A stretch of 36,469 bases of DNA from Stramenopiles sp. TOSAG23-2 (GCA_900128395.1 LT649337.1:1-36469), one strand, 5' to 3'; shown: positions 10,499-21,234, counted from the stretch's first letter. The notes: a model not told the origin generated them from the sequence alone. A program made the numbers and translations.

Positions 10499-10597
10499 AA
10501 AATATATTAAGTATATATATTAGTATACTAAGATTCCAATTTTATTTGACAGAACTATTAGCTATTAGTATACAAATATATATACTTAATATATTTT
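10499..10597. repeat. Inverted repeat with 33-bp arms (1 mismatch) and a 33-nt spacer upstream of TOR
   Basis: 10499-10531 AAAATATATTAAGTATATATATTAGTATACTAA pairs with 10565-10597 TTAGTATACAAATATATATACTTAATATATTTT. Confidence 0.85.
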
Positions 10598-10866
10598 TTT
10601 GCACGATTATTTCAGAAATCTTTCCTTTGTTGGAAGAAGATATGGATGCATATATGTAGGATATATTCACATATATATCTGGGGAGATAGATATATAAAT
10701 ACGATTTGATATTTATATTATAATATATACTATAAGAAGAACTTGTTTTCCAACTACTTGCGTGTGCTTCCTTTATATATTTTATTATCTCTTGTTTTAT
10801 TTTCTCACCGCATATATAAGTTTTATTTTTATTACAAATATAAATATAATATAATTAAATAAAAAA

Positions 10867-13800
10867 ATGTATAGTATGGCAACTATGGCAACTCCACTCC
10901 CATTCCTTCAGCAACAAAATGATATGCAAAATTTTCGTAAAAATTATACGGTAGAACGTGTGAAAGAATTTTTTCCTGCATTATCATCACAGGATAGTAA
11001 AGTACGCCTGCATGGTGCAAAATCGTTGCGTGAATTTATTGAACAACAATCGCGAGAACGATCTTCTCGCAGTTTTAACGAATTAATTGAAAAAGTAAGG
11101 AAAAAATTTGCAGAAATGGTTAATAGTGATAATATTGATGCATTGCGTGGTTGTTTACTTGGGATTGATGAGGTAACAGATGTTTGTCAATCACATGCAG
11201 ATCGAAGGATCTTGTTATTTTTTCATACATATGTAAATAATATTTTGAATGGTGAAAATACTGATATCGAAACTGCAAAACTTGCAGCCTTGACATTAGG
11301 TCATATTATACGATCTGCTGGCACACTCATTGCATCTAGATTATTAGAAGATGATGTAAAACGTGCATATGATAATACAAAACGTGGTGGTTCATCTAAT
11401 AGCGAAAATAATTCCATTAAACGTTTAGTTGCGACGTTAGTATTGGAACAAATAGCCATTAATGCACCGACAATTTTTTTCCATTATATTGATGACTTTT
11501 TTACCAATATATACGACGTTTTGTGTGATGAAAAAGAAAATGTTAGATTTGCAGCAGAAAAAGCATTAGCTGCATCGTTTGTACTTTTAGAAAATCGAAA
11601 TAATACAACTCATACCCATTTGCAAATTGATCAAATATATGTATCTGCATATGACAATGCCATGAAAGATTTGACAATTTCAAGAAAAGTTTCTAATTAT
11701 AAAATACATGCAGCATTTACAATTATACGCGCATTGCTAAAACATGCAGGAATGTTTATGGTAACGAAAATGAATAGAGGAAAGAAAGACGAGAAATACA
11801 TTGAACCTTTGTTAAAGATTTTCCCGAATTTATATAAGAAAAAAAATAATATTTTAGTACGTAGCTCATGTTTGCGAATATTACCACATATTGTCGTATT
11901 TAGAGATATTGATGAAATCAAACTATTTTTAACAATCGCATTAAATCAAATTAAAATTTCAATCACTTCAAAACAAGAAAATTTAAGTAAGATTGGATTT
12001 GCTACATTAGGTGATTTGATTATGAATTTAACTAGACGATTTGATGTATTAACAATTGAAAATCAATTTGTTGATTTTATTGATACAATTATTAAATTAT
12101 TAAATCTTGGTTCTGCGCTGAAGAAAACTAGTAACAGTTACTTGACCTGTATTGCAAAAATTGTTAAATCATTATCTACTGTTGCGAAAATAAGAAATGC
12201 AATTTCAGATTATACATTTATTGAAGGGATGTTTAAAAGTGGTTTGAAAGAAGAATTGGCTAAATCATTAACCGTTATAGTAAAATATATTCCCCAATTG
12301 ACACAACCATTGCAAAGTAGACTTTTGAGTCATATTTCAATCACGCTAGTTGGTGTTGCTGATGTATCAAGGAGGGGATCATATGTAAATACAAGCGGTT
12401 TTAAAGAGCCATCATCACCAACTGGTAGCGACAATCAAAAAAGTTATTCTAACAGTAGTGGCAGCGGCGGCGGCGGCGGCGGTGGTGGTGGTGGTGGTGG
12501 TGGATGGTTTATGAAAGGGTTCAATAAACTTACGGGCAACAATGAAACGTTAGAAAGTAAGGCAAAGGGAATTTTTGAATTAAAATTACGTGCGTTTGAT
12601 GCATTACAAACTTATAATTTTAGAGGCGCTTCCGATATGGTTGGGTTTGTTTTAAATGTAGTCGTGCCATTTATGGATAATGGAAATGAATCAATTCGAG
12701 CTGCAGCTGCGTTGAGTTGCATGAAATTAGTGCTTTCTGTTATAGTGGATAATAAAAAGGAAATGGAAGGACGTACACATTCGAGTAAAGCCTTTCGACG
12801 TGGGTTAGCGAAACTGGAAAGTAAGACTATCGCAAAAGTGTTTGTAAACGCAAATGCTTCTAGTAATAATAATTTAATAATGCAAGTAGTAGAGCGGGTT
12901 CTTATTACAGCAGTATCAGACATTTCGCCAAATGTTAGATTACAAATTGTGAAGGAATTTAGTTTACAGCCAATATTTGATCAATATTTGATCATAGAGG
13001 ACAATCTCCATACTGTTATTTTAATGACCCAAGATGAGCGATTAAAGTCTAGGCGATATGGTTACATTACATTAGGACGTTTAGGGCATAAAGTACCCAA
13101 CCAAATAATACCAGCACTACGTGTCATAATTACTCAATTGACTCAAGGTATGCGACATGACAATTTAGATATTAATGCACAACTTCTTGGTGATTTAATA
13201 CGCGCAATGAGTGTCTACAGTCCAGTCCGTGTTTCCGAAAAAGTTAATTATACTCATGGCCGAACATCAATTTATCAAGCATCGGTGGGGCCAAAAATAC
13301 ACCGTAAACAATCGTATACGATTGGTAATGACGACCGTAGTTCTTTTGATAATAATACTCATAATAAGGGGAATAATGATTTTGATGATACTTCAATTGA
13401 ACGACTAGATGAAGCGTTGAAGCAAATGCATAATTATATGCCTGAGATCGAGTCCTTGCCTATATATCCCTATCTAGTCCAACAGTTTACACCCTACATC
13501 TTTGAGAATGTTTGGGTTACGTATTTTAGCAACGATAAAAGTAATCATTTCGAATCCAAGCGCAATTTTATGGACAATGCCAACGTTGATAACAATAACA
13601 ACAGCAACAGTAACAATGGCAACTATAATGCTAATTCTGAAAATAAGATTAATAATATGAAAAAATTGAAGGAAGTTCCGGTGGCCGTAATTAGCCTTGT
13701 TGGTGAAATTGCAAGAGTAGATGCGAAAAGCGTGAGCCCGTATTTTAAAAGTATATTTCCATATCTTGTGGAATCGATGACAAAAAACAACTCCAATGAA

Positions 13801-16800
13801 CGGCAGCGTATTGCAGTGGCTACGCTTGGAATTATTGCCCAAAACACAGGGTATGTAATAGGGCCCTATCAATGGGACAGTACTTTATTTGACACATTGC
13901 TTGAATTGATTTTATCAAATAAAGCTTCTTCGAATTCTGCAAAGATGCTTGAACGAGAGGTGATCAGAACGATTGGTATACTGGGTGCAGTCGACCCCGC
14001 GTTTTTATACGACGAGTCATCAAATAACAGCAAATCTGCTACATCATCAACAATCGATTCAAATACGTTGGAAATGAAACTAATTGAAGATGCAAAGAAA
14101 GATTCTTCCATTTCTTTTGAATCTAAATATGGTATAATTGTAGTTACGCATTTAAAAAGTATGCTAGAAAACCCAATACTACGCAATAAATACTCGAAAC
14201 AAATTTTTAAAATCTTGCTTGTGATAAGCAAGTCGTTAGAAATTTCAGAAGTGAATTATGTTATGCCTGTACTTGTACCTTGTATATGTAAAGCATATGA
14301 TACCTTAGAATTTGATATGGTTTCTGATTACAAAGGCGCGTATGCTAGATGCGATGTTGGCATGGATTTATTAAACCAACTAATCTATTTAGATGGTTAT
14401 AGAATGTATGGCAAAGCTTATGGTTTTGATGTTATTGATCTGTGTATCAAGCAATTGAAAATAGCCGATACGTTGCTATCTGGGGGAAATCGAATGGATA
14501 TAAATCGTGAATTTAATCGCAGTGGTAATAACAATGTAAGCCTGAACAACAATAGCAACATAAATCAAAAAAATGCTACTAATACTAATAATAATAACAA
14601 TATTCCAAATAATGCATTTTCAAAATCGTATTTAGAAAACGTTTTAAGACTTATTTCTACAGTTGGATCTGCCTTACAAAATCCTCTACTCAACCCTGTA
14701 GGTAATCAGTCATCTAGTATTTTGCCACAGAAATTGAGTAGAGTAGAAAAGAATGGTATAGCTGAGGAAAATTTAAAGCATTCCATAAGTATTGAATACA
14801 GACATGCTATTGTAAAATTAATCAAAGCATTGATTGCGTCAATGCGATTGGATGAACGAAGAGAAAGAAGAATAACAACTACAAGCATTTTAATAAGTTT
14901 GCATCAATTCCATCGTTATTTAATTTACAAAATGCCAGAATTAGTCTCCATGTTGATACGGACGTGTGAGTATGGCATTAACGATGTGCCTATACTAGGA
15001 AAGAGTTTGGATTTAATTGAAACAATATCAGTGGATATGAGTTTAAATGAAGGGGCAAATTTAATTATTGCATGCATATCTAGATTAGCAAAAAAAACCA
15101 CACGACGAAGTCAAGCTAATTTTTATGCGGACAATCCAATGGTACTTCAAACTATTAACAATAGGTTGGTAAGGGCGTTGTGCGCTATTGCATATGGTCT
15201 TCAAAGTAAATTTATGGTCTTCTATCTCACTGTTGAGGATATTGTTCAGCAGTTAGAAGTTTCGAAGCATATAGAAAGTCTTTATAAAAATACTATAAGT
15301 GCAATTATGATGGGTGGAGAACAAGTTGATCTTACAAATTACGTGAAGCATAACAATTTTAAGCATTGTGCTGGAGCAGACTATGTTCCGGTATATAATC
15401 AATACAACTTTGACCCAACCCCAATTAGAAAAGCATTGGGTATTGAGCGAAATAGTACCGATGCTGATTGGGAAGAGTGGATTTATAAATTGTCATTATG
15501 TGTGCTAAAACACTCTCCATCTATTTGGTATCAAACTTGCTACATGCTTGCAGTTGAGCATGTACCTTTAGCAGAAATTTTATTTAACGAATCGTTTCTA
15601 CTTGTATGGGATAAAATGAAAACTCATCACATTCCTGCTGCACATTTAGAAGCACTTTTTAACAAAATTTGCACTAAATTAGGTATTGGGATAGGGATTG
15701 GAGACAACAAGGCTACAGATAAAATAATAGATGTTCCAAAAAGTGTTTTGCAGAAGTTGTTGGATGTGATTGAGCATATTGAAAGAGTAGTTGGAATCAA
15801 AAGTGCAGATATCGATTTTGCTACTTTAGGAAATATGGCAATCAAATCACAAGCGTATGCAAAGGCACTGTATTATAAAGAGTATGAATTTAGAACAAAC
15901 CCAGCAGATTCTACTAAAGATTTGGTCGATATCAATCAAGCTCTTGATCAACCAGATGCAGCAAAAGGGGTTATCATGAAAACAAATGACCTCTCCTTTG
16001 ATTCTATGGGGGAAAATCCACGTGTACGGTTTTTCGTTTCATTATCACAGTGGGAAAATGCACTGGAAAAATATGAGGCGCAAATGAAAAATGCCGCAGG
16101 AAAAGATGATGGTCTTAAACAATATTATACTGCAACTGTTGGTAAGTTGCAATGTTTAATATCCTTAGGGCGTTATGTGGAAGTCAATGATATGCTGAAT
16201 AATGAATGGAATGTTCTTGGTGAAAAATTGAATATGCATGGACATATATTTAGAACCAATTCAATTACAATGGAGAAATCGGATATCCAAATGCAAAATA
16301 TTGTTGATGCACAAATGTTATCGCCATTGGAACGACACTTAAAAGGCGTCCAAAAAGCAATGGCGATGATGGGGGCTACAGCTGCATGGAGCATGACAAA
16401 TTGGCAAAAATTTGACATGTATGCTTCCTATATAGATACGGAATCGTATCGTGGCGCTCTATATCGAGGTGTGGTTGGTTTAAAATTGGAGCATCTAACG
16501 TTTTCAAAGAAATATATTGATAGAGCGTCTGAAATATTAGCACAAGAAATCAAAGAAATGGCACATAAATCGTACAGCCGCATGTACATGCATATTTGTA
16601 AGGCACAGGAGTTAGTTGAACTCGAGGAATTATTACATTTTCGTGCATTTGAACAAGAGTTAAAACAAAGCGAGGAACACAACATATACTGTAATCATGG
16701 GGGTATGGTTCCATCAAAAACATTTGATAATATGGTTGCGTCAAAAGATGGCGAGAAACTTAGCATGTATTATTTATCATCCATGAAACAATTGTGGCGT

Positions 16801-19800
16801 ACACGACTTGATAAATGCAATCAACATGTCGATTATTACGTTAGATTTCTATCGATTCGATCATTAGTAGATCCTGATAAAGAAGATCGGAAGCGGTGGC
16901 TGAAATTAGCACAGATTGCACAGCGTGATGGGCGTGAATCTATATCAATCAAAGTTCTACAAGCATTTGGAACTAACAATAGCTCATTGCTACAGCTATG
17001 TGGTGACAAGGGTGATCATGCTACAAGGGTATTGAAATTGTCAACCGTTACACCCCTTGTGCGCCGAGAAAGTAATGTAGATATGTTGCAAAGTTTGATT
17101 GGAATTGGTTTTGTTAAAATAAATAGGCAAAACGATCAGAATGAATACAACGGCAAATCATTGTTGCATCCTTTGGTTGGTTTGGAGTATTTGAAGCATT
17201 TATGGCATATGGACTCAATGGGTAAAACCGCCATCAATCTATTAGAGGGATTAATTGACACAGTCACAGCAGTAATGAAGCAGGAGCCTGACTTATACAT
17301 GAAGGAATTCAAAAAGGACCATGTACTCCGTAATGCATATTTAACATTGGGTAATTGGAGGCAAGAGATGTATCGAGATTCTCACGAGATTGTAAGTGCA
17401 CTGCTTCCATTTGAAAATGCAACATTGGAAGATGGTGAAAATTATGTAGCTTGGCATTCATGGGGTTTAGCGAATTTCTATTGTATCAAATATTTTGATG
17501 ATGTTAGTCCTAGTAACAATAGATACAATAGGTCTAATAATGGTAACGATAGCAATACTGATAATGATAATAATAATGAAAAATTACGCAGTAAAATCGA
17601 TTCCAATGGTTCCAATGGTGATGGTAGCGAAGCAAATAAAAATAATAGCGTGAGTACGGAGAGCATCGTAGGTGAAAGAAACAACAGTGATGCAAGCGAT
17701 ACAAATACCAAGACTATGTCTAAGAGTGATAGTGAACAGCTCTCGACGTATTTAAAAAATGCCATTACGGGTTTTGTGAAAGCTATACAATTATCACGAA
17801 AAGTAGATAGAAATGGAAAGCATAACGAAGTAATTGAAGATATATTGCGGCTATTAACGTTATGGTTTACTTATGGTTTAAGGCCGGGAATCAAGGAGTT
17901 AATTAGCCAATGCATTGATACAATCTTACCAAGCACATGGTTGAGCGTGTTGCCGCAATTAATCGCCCGCATTCAATTGGACAAACGGCCAACTGTGAAT
18001 GGCGATAATTGGCCTATGATTGGTACGTTGTTGTATCGCGTGGGGATGAAATATCCACAAGCACTTGTATATCCGCTGACTGTTGCTGCTAACTCAAGAT
18101 CTAAAAATAGAAAAGCAGCGGCAGAGGAAGTGTTACGAAAGCTACAGACTAGTTACAAATCCTTGTTTGATCAAGCTGCACAGGTTAGCCAAGAACTTAT
18201 TCGAGTTTCTGTTTTATGGCACGAAATGTGGCATGATGCATTAGAAGAGGCGTGTAAGAAATTTTTCAATGAAAACGATGTGGAAGGTATGTTGGATGTC
18301 CTACAACCAATGCATGAGAGTTTGAATACATGTATATCTACCGGTAGAACATTATCAAATGAACCTTTGTCGATTCGGGAGATAGGCTTCATTCATAGCC
18401 ATAGCAGAGATTTGCTTGAAGCATGGAGCTGGTGCGTTCGTTTTCAAGACAGCTTGAACACTGTCTCGGCACCGAATGGACAGGAGCAACAACGAGAGCT
18501 ATCGTACATACAACAAGCATGGGACATTTATTACAAGGTCTTTAAAAACGTACAACCTCAAAAGATGCCTTTATCCAAAATAGAATTAAAAAATTCATCG
18601 CCATGGTTATTTCATGCACACAATTTACAAATTGCGGTCCCATGTCAATCAAGCTCACACGATAAAAGCTCTTTCAGTGGTAGTGGAATTCAACAAGTAG
18701 TATCGATCTCAAAGTTTTTACCAACATTAAAAGTGATGGTATCTAAGCAACACCCACGGTCAATGAAAATACTTGGAGATGATGGGGAAATATATACATA
18801 TCTGTTAAAGGGAAACGAAGACTTAAGGCAAGACGAGCGTGTAATGCAATTATTTGGTTTGGTAAATTCATTCTTAACTAATGACCGAAACACTAGAAGA
18901 AAAAACCTATCCATTAAGCGATATGCAGTCATACCATTGTCGCACGAGGTTGGATTGGTACAATGGGTCCACCGTTGCGATACATTGTTGAATCTTATCA
19001 AAGAATATAGGGAGGAGCGAGCGATTAATGTAGAATTAGAAAATTTATTAATGTGTAGCGAAGCTAGTGAAGGCCGTGTGCCGGATCCAGCTGCATATGA
19101 AAGTTTAACAATCATGCAAAAAGTGGATATTTTTCAAAACGTCATGCTGAAAACGAGGGGTCACGATTTACAACGAATATTATGGCTAAAAAGCCCAAAT
19201 GCGGAGGTGTGGCATAACCGTAGAATCAAATATACAACATCTTTAGCCGTCATGTCAATGGTAGGTTATATACTTGGACTTGGTGATAGACATCCAAGTA
19301 ATTTAATGCTAGAGCGGACTACGGGTCAAATTGTCCATATAGATTTCGGTGATTGTTTTGAAGTTGCTATTAACCGTGAACGATTTCCAGAAAAAGTACC
19401 TTTTCGCTTAACACGTATGTTAATCAATGCTATGGCAGTAAGTGGAATTGAAGGCACGTATAAATTGACATGCGAATCGGTCATACGTGTTATGAGGGAA
19501 AATGAAAAGTCCGTGATGACTATGCTAGAGGCGTTTGTTCACGATCCACTAGTAAATTGGGGTTTAACGGAGGAGGAAGAGGCTGATGTGGATGGTAATA
19601 ATTTAATGAATGCAGCTGACGCGGCAGTCAAATCTGGAAACAAGAGTGGCAGCAATGATGGCGTAAAAAAAAAGCGGCGAAGTTCCTTTAAACGAAGAGC
19701 ATCAACAGCCTTGCAGAGTGTCAAAAGTGCGATGAAAGCAATGTCTATCATTCCAAAAGATGCTTTAAAAAGAAAAAATAAATTGAAGCCTTTAGATGCC

Positions 19801-20010
19801 GATAGTAATGATGATCATGTTCAAGATGATGAAAAATTAAATAACGAAGCTTTAAAGATTATACAGCGTGTTCAAGATAAATTAACCGGAAATGATTATG
19901 GTGGAAAGACATCGTTGACTATAGAGAACCAAGTCGATCGCCTGGTAAAAGATGCTTGTAAGACTGAAAATTTAGCACAAATGTATTCCGGATGGCATTC
20001 ATCTTGGTGA
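10867..20010 (+). CDS. TOR: Target of rapamycin serine/threonine kinase (PIKK), 3047 aa, single exon
   Basis: HEAT region (TGYVIGPY, REVIRTIGILGAVDP), FAT (AYAKALYYKEYEF, LRLLTLWF, WLSVLPQLIARI), FRB (LWHEMWHDALEEA..AWDIYYKVF), kinase (LLKGNEDLRQDERVMQLFGLVN, GLGDRHPSN, HIDFGDCFE, PEKVPFRLTRML) and terminal FATC. Confidence 0.97.
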   Translation: MYSMATMATPLPFLQQQNDMQNFRKNYTVERVKEFFPALSSQDSKVRLHGAKSLREFIEQQSRERSSRSFNELIEKVRKKFAEMVNSDNIDALRGCLLGIDEVTDVCQSHADRRILLFFHTYVNNILNGENTDIETAKLAALTLGHIIRSAGTLIASRLLEDDVKRAYDNTKRGGSSNSENNSIKRLVATLVLEQIAINAPTIFFHYIDDFFTNIYDVLCDEKENVRFAAEKALAASFVLLENRNNTTHTHLQIDQIYVSAYDNAMKDLTISRKVSNYKIHAAFTIIRALLKHAGMFMVTKMNRGKKDEKYIEPLLKIFPNLYKKKNNILVRSSCLRILPHIVVFRDIDEIKLFLTIALNQIKISITSKQENLSKIGFATLGDLIMNLTRRFDVLTIENQFVDFIDTIIKLLNLGSALKKTSNSYLTCIAKIVKSLSTVAKIRNAISDYTFIEGMFKSGLKEELAKSLTVIVKYIPQLTQPLQSRLLSHISITLVGVADVSRRGSYVNTSGFKEPSSPTGSDNQKSYSNSSGSGGGGGGGGGGGGGWFMKGFNKLTGNNETLESKAKGIFELKLRAFDALQTYNFRGASDMVGFVLNVVVPFMDNGNESIRAAAALSCMKLVLSVIVDNKKEMEGRTHSSKAFRRGLAKLESKTIAKVFVNANASSNNNLIMQVVERVLITAVSDISPNVRLQIVKEFSLQPIFDQYLIIEDNLHTVILMTQDERLKSRRYGYITLGRLGHKVPNQIIPALRVIITQLTQGMRHDNLDINAQLLGDLIRAMSVYSPVRVSEKVNYTHGRTSIYQASVGPKIHRKQSYTIGNDDRSSFDNNTHNKGNNDFDDTSIERLDEALKQMHNYMPEIESLPIYPYLVQQFTPYIFENVWVTYFSNDKSNHFESKRNFMDNANVDNNNNSNSNNGNYNANSENKINNMKKLKEVPVAVISLVGEIARVDAKSVSPYFKSIFPYLVESMTKNNSNERQRIAVATLGIIAQNTGYVIGPYQWDSTLFDTLLELILSNKASSNSAKMLEREVIRTIGILGAVDPAFLYDESSNNSKSATSSTIDSNTLEMKLIEDAKKDSSISFESKYGIIVVTHLKSMLENPILRNKYSKQIFKILLVISKSLEISEVNYVMPVLVPCICKAYDTLEFDMVSDYKGAYARCDVGMDLLNQLIYLDGYRMYGKAYGFDVIDLCIKQLKIADTLLSGGNRMDINREFNRSGNNNVSLNNNSNINQKNATNTNNNNNIPNNAFSKSYLENVLRLISTVGSALQNPLLNPVGNQSSSILPQKLSRVEKNGIAEENLKHSISIEYRHAIVKLIKALIASMRLDERRERRITTTSILISLHQFHRYLIYKMPELVSMLIRTCEYGINDVPILGKSLDLIETISVDMSLNEGANLIIACISRLAKKTTRRSQANFYADNPMVLQTINNRLVRALCAIAYGLQSKFMVFYLTVEDIVQQLEVSKHIESLYKNTISAIMMGGEQVDLTNYVKHNNFKHCAGADYVPVYNQYNFDPTPIRKALGIERNSTDADWEEWIYKLSLCVLKHSPSIWYQTCYMLAVEHVPLAEILFNESFLLVWDKMKTHHIPAAHLEALFNKICTKLGIGIGIGDNKATDKIIDVPKSVLQKLLDVIEHIERVVGIKSADIDFATLGNMAIKSQAYAKALYYKEYEFRTNPADSTKDLVDINQALDQPDAAKGVIMKTNDLSFDSMGENPRVRFFVSLSQWENALEKYEAQMKNAAGKDDGLKQYYTATVGKLQCLISLGRYVEVNDMLNNEWNVLGEKLNMHGHIFRTNSITMEKSDIQMQNIVDAQMLSPLERHLKGVQKAMAMMGATAAWSMTNWQKFDMYASYIDTESYRGALYRGVVGLKLEHLTFSKKYIDRASEILAQEIKEMAHKSYSRMYMHICKAQELVELEELLHFRAFEQELKQSEEHNIYCNHGGMVPSKTFDNMVASKDGEKLSMYYLSSMKQLWRTRLDKCNQHVDYYVRFLSIRSLVDPDKEDRKRWLKLAQIAQRDGRESISIKVLQAFGTNNSSLLQLCGDKGDHATRVLKLSTVTPLVRRESNVDMLQSLIGIGFVKINRQNDQNEYNGKSLLHPLVGLEYLKHLWHMDSMGKTAINLLEGLIDTVTAVMKQEPDLYMKEFKKDHVLRNAYLTLGNWRQEMYRDSHEIVSALLPFENATLEDGENYVAWHSWGLANFYCIKYFDDVSPSNNRYNRSNNGNDSNTDNDNNNEKLRSKIDSNGSNGDGSEANKNNSVSTESIVGERNNSDASDTNTKTMSKSDSEQLSTYLKNAITGFVKAIQLSRKVDRNGKHNEVIEDILRLLTLWFTYGLRPGIKELISQCIDTILPSTWLSVLPQLIARIQLDKRPTVNGDNWPMIGTLLYRVGMKYPQALVYPLTVAANSRSKNRKAAAEEVLRKLQTSYKSLFDQAAQVSQELIRVSVLWHEMWHDALEEACKKFFNENDVEGMLDVLQPMHESLNTCISTGRTLSNEPLSIREIGFIHSHSRDLLEAWSWCVRFQDSLNTVSAPNGQEQQRELSYIQQAWDIYYKVFKNVQPQKMPLSKIELKNSSPWLFHAHNLQIAVPCQSSSHDKSSFSGSGIQQVVSISKFLPTLKVMVSKQHPRSMKILGDDGEIYTYLLKGNEDLRQDERVMQLFGLVNSFLTNDRNTRRKNLSIKRYAVIPLSHEVGLVQWVHRCDTLLNLIKEYREERAINVELENLLMCSEASEGRVPDPAAYESLTIMQKVDIFQNVMLKTRGHDLQRILWLKSPNAEVWHNRRIKYTTSLAVMSMVGYILGLGDRHPSNLMLERTTGQIVHIDFGDCFEVAINRERFPEKVPFRLTRMLINAMAVSGIEGTYKLTCESVIRVMRENEKSVMTMLEAFVHDPLVNWGLTEEEEADVDGNNLMNAADAAVKSGNKSGSNDGVKKKRRSSFKRRASTALQSVKSAMKAMSIIPKDALKRKNKLKPLDADSNDDHVQDDEKLNNEALKIIQRVQDKLTGNDYGGKTSLTIENQVDRLVKDACKTENLAQMYSGWHSSW

Positions 20011-20032
20011 GAGAGAGAGAGAGAGAGAGAGA
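20009..20032 (+). repeat. (GA)n microsatellite overlapping the TOR stop codon
   Basis: TGA runs directly into about 12 GA units. Confidence 0.9.
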
Positions 20033-20057
20033 ATAATATGATACTCTCGTATAATTA

Positions 20058-20303
20058 TTCAGAGTATAATATTCTGAGTATTGAGCATATTATTCACCAC
20101 CGGGAAGTAAAAAGTAAAATTATTACGCTTCGTAATATAACTTTATAGATTGTACTCGTAATAACTATCATTATATTGTCGTCTTCAGAGTATAATATTC
20201 TGAGTATTGAGCATATTATTCACCACCGGGAAGTAAAATTATTATACGCTTCGTAATATAACTTTATAGATTGTACTCTGTACTCGTAATAACTATCATT
20301 ATA
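20058..20303. repeat. Imperfect tandem duplication, ~126-nt period, in the TOR/DnaJ 3' gap
   Basis: TTCAGAGTATAATATTCTGAG... starts at 20058 and 20184; the copies differ by short indels. Confidence 0.9.
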
Positions 20304-20369
20304 ATATACAGGTATCATAATTAATAATTTAATATTGATTAAATATATAAAAATATTTAAAATTTAATT

Positions 20370-20651
20370 TAAAAATAAAATACGATGTACATGACATATC
20401 ATTATGATTTTAAATTCTTTACTTCGTACAACCATTCAATATGTCTCATTTGATAACGACACTACTTTATGAGCAGAAATACATCATTAGTATTAATATA
20501 AAGAGACTGATAAAAATAAAATACGATGTACATGACATATCATTATGATTTTAAATTCTTTACTTCGTACAACCATTCAATATGTCTCATTTGATAACGA
20601 CACTACTTTATGAGCAGAAATACATCATTAGTATTAATATAAAGAGACTGA
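20370..20651. repeat. Exact tandem duplication, 141-nt unit, including the DnaJ stop codon region
   Basis: 20370-20510 equals 20511-20651. Confidence 0.92.
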
Positions 20652-21234
20652 ATGAATCGGTTAATATATACAAGAAGGAAGCAAAAATTAAAACAGAACG
20701 AAACGGTATTCGAAGATTTTGTTGGTTTTCATTTGACGATGATGTTGATCGCCGCCCAGCAGCTCTCATTCCTGTATTTCCAAAACTAAATGCCATTCCA
20801 CCCGGTCCAAAACCAGATGAACGAAATACAACTCTCGGTCCGTTGCCAGTACGCATGCCCCGAACTCCACCTTGTCCCATATTACTAAATATATCTGCCA
20901 TATCACCACTTGCAAAAAATTGTCTAAATAATTCATCTGCTTCAGTACTTGAAAATTCTGTGTAGTGTCTCATACCACCAGCTCCTGCACTACCTCCACC
21001 TCCATTTACACCAGCTTTTCCGTACTTATCATACGCGGCCCTTTCATCTGGATTTGATAAAATTTGATATGCTTCACCTACCATTTTAAACTTTTTTTCC
21101 GCCTCTTCTTTGTTATTTGTATTTTTATCAGGATGATATTTTAAAGCTGCTTTTCTATATGCTTTTTTAATGTCTGCCTCACTTGCATCTTTTGATATTC
21201 CTAATATTTTATAATAATCACTATTGCTACTCAT
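20608..21234 (-). CDS. DnaJ/Hsp40 co-chaperone (class B-like J domain + G/F region) with C-terminal hydrophobic anchor, 208 aa
   Basis: [23 protein letters not shown] (HPD motif), EAYQILS..RAAYD, a G/F-rich linker and a hydrophobic tail [26 protein letters not shown]. Confidence 0.93.
   Translation of the reverse strand: MSSNSDYYKILGISKDASEADIKKAYRKAALKYHPDKNTNNKEEAEKKFKMVGEAYQILSNPDERAAYDKYGKAGVNGGGGSAGAGGMRHYTEFSSTEADELFRQFFASGDMADIFSNMGQGGVRGMRTGNGPRVVFRSSGFGPGGMAFSFGNTGMRAAGRRSTSSSNENQQNLRIPFRSVLIFASFLYILTDSFSLFILILMMYFCS

Noticed and set aside
12455-12505. Poly-Gly tract in TOR and poly-Asn tracts elsewhere
   Set aside because: Ordinary trinucleotide slippage in an AT-rich protist genome.
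11697-19751. Many short antisense and alternate-frame ORFs inside TOR and the other long genes
   Set aside because: Shadow ORFs from codon bias and low-complexity tracts, with no independent motifs.
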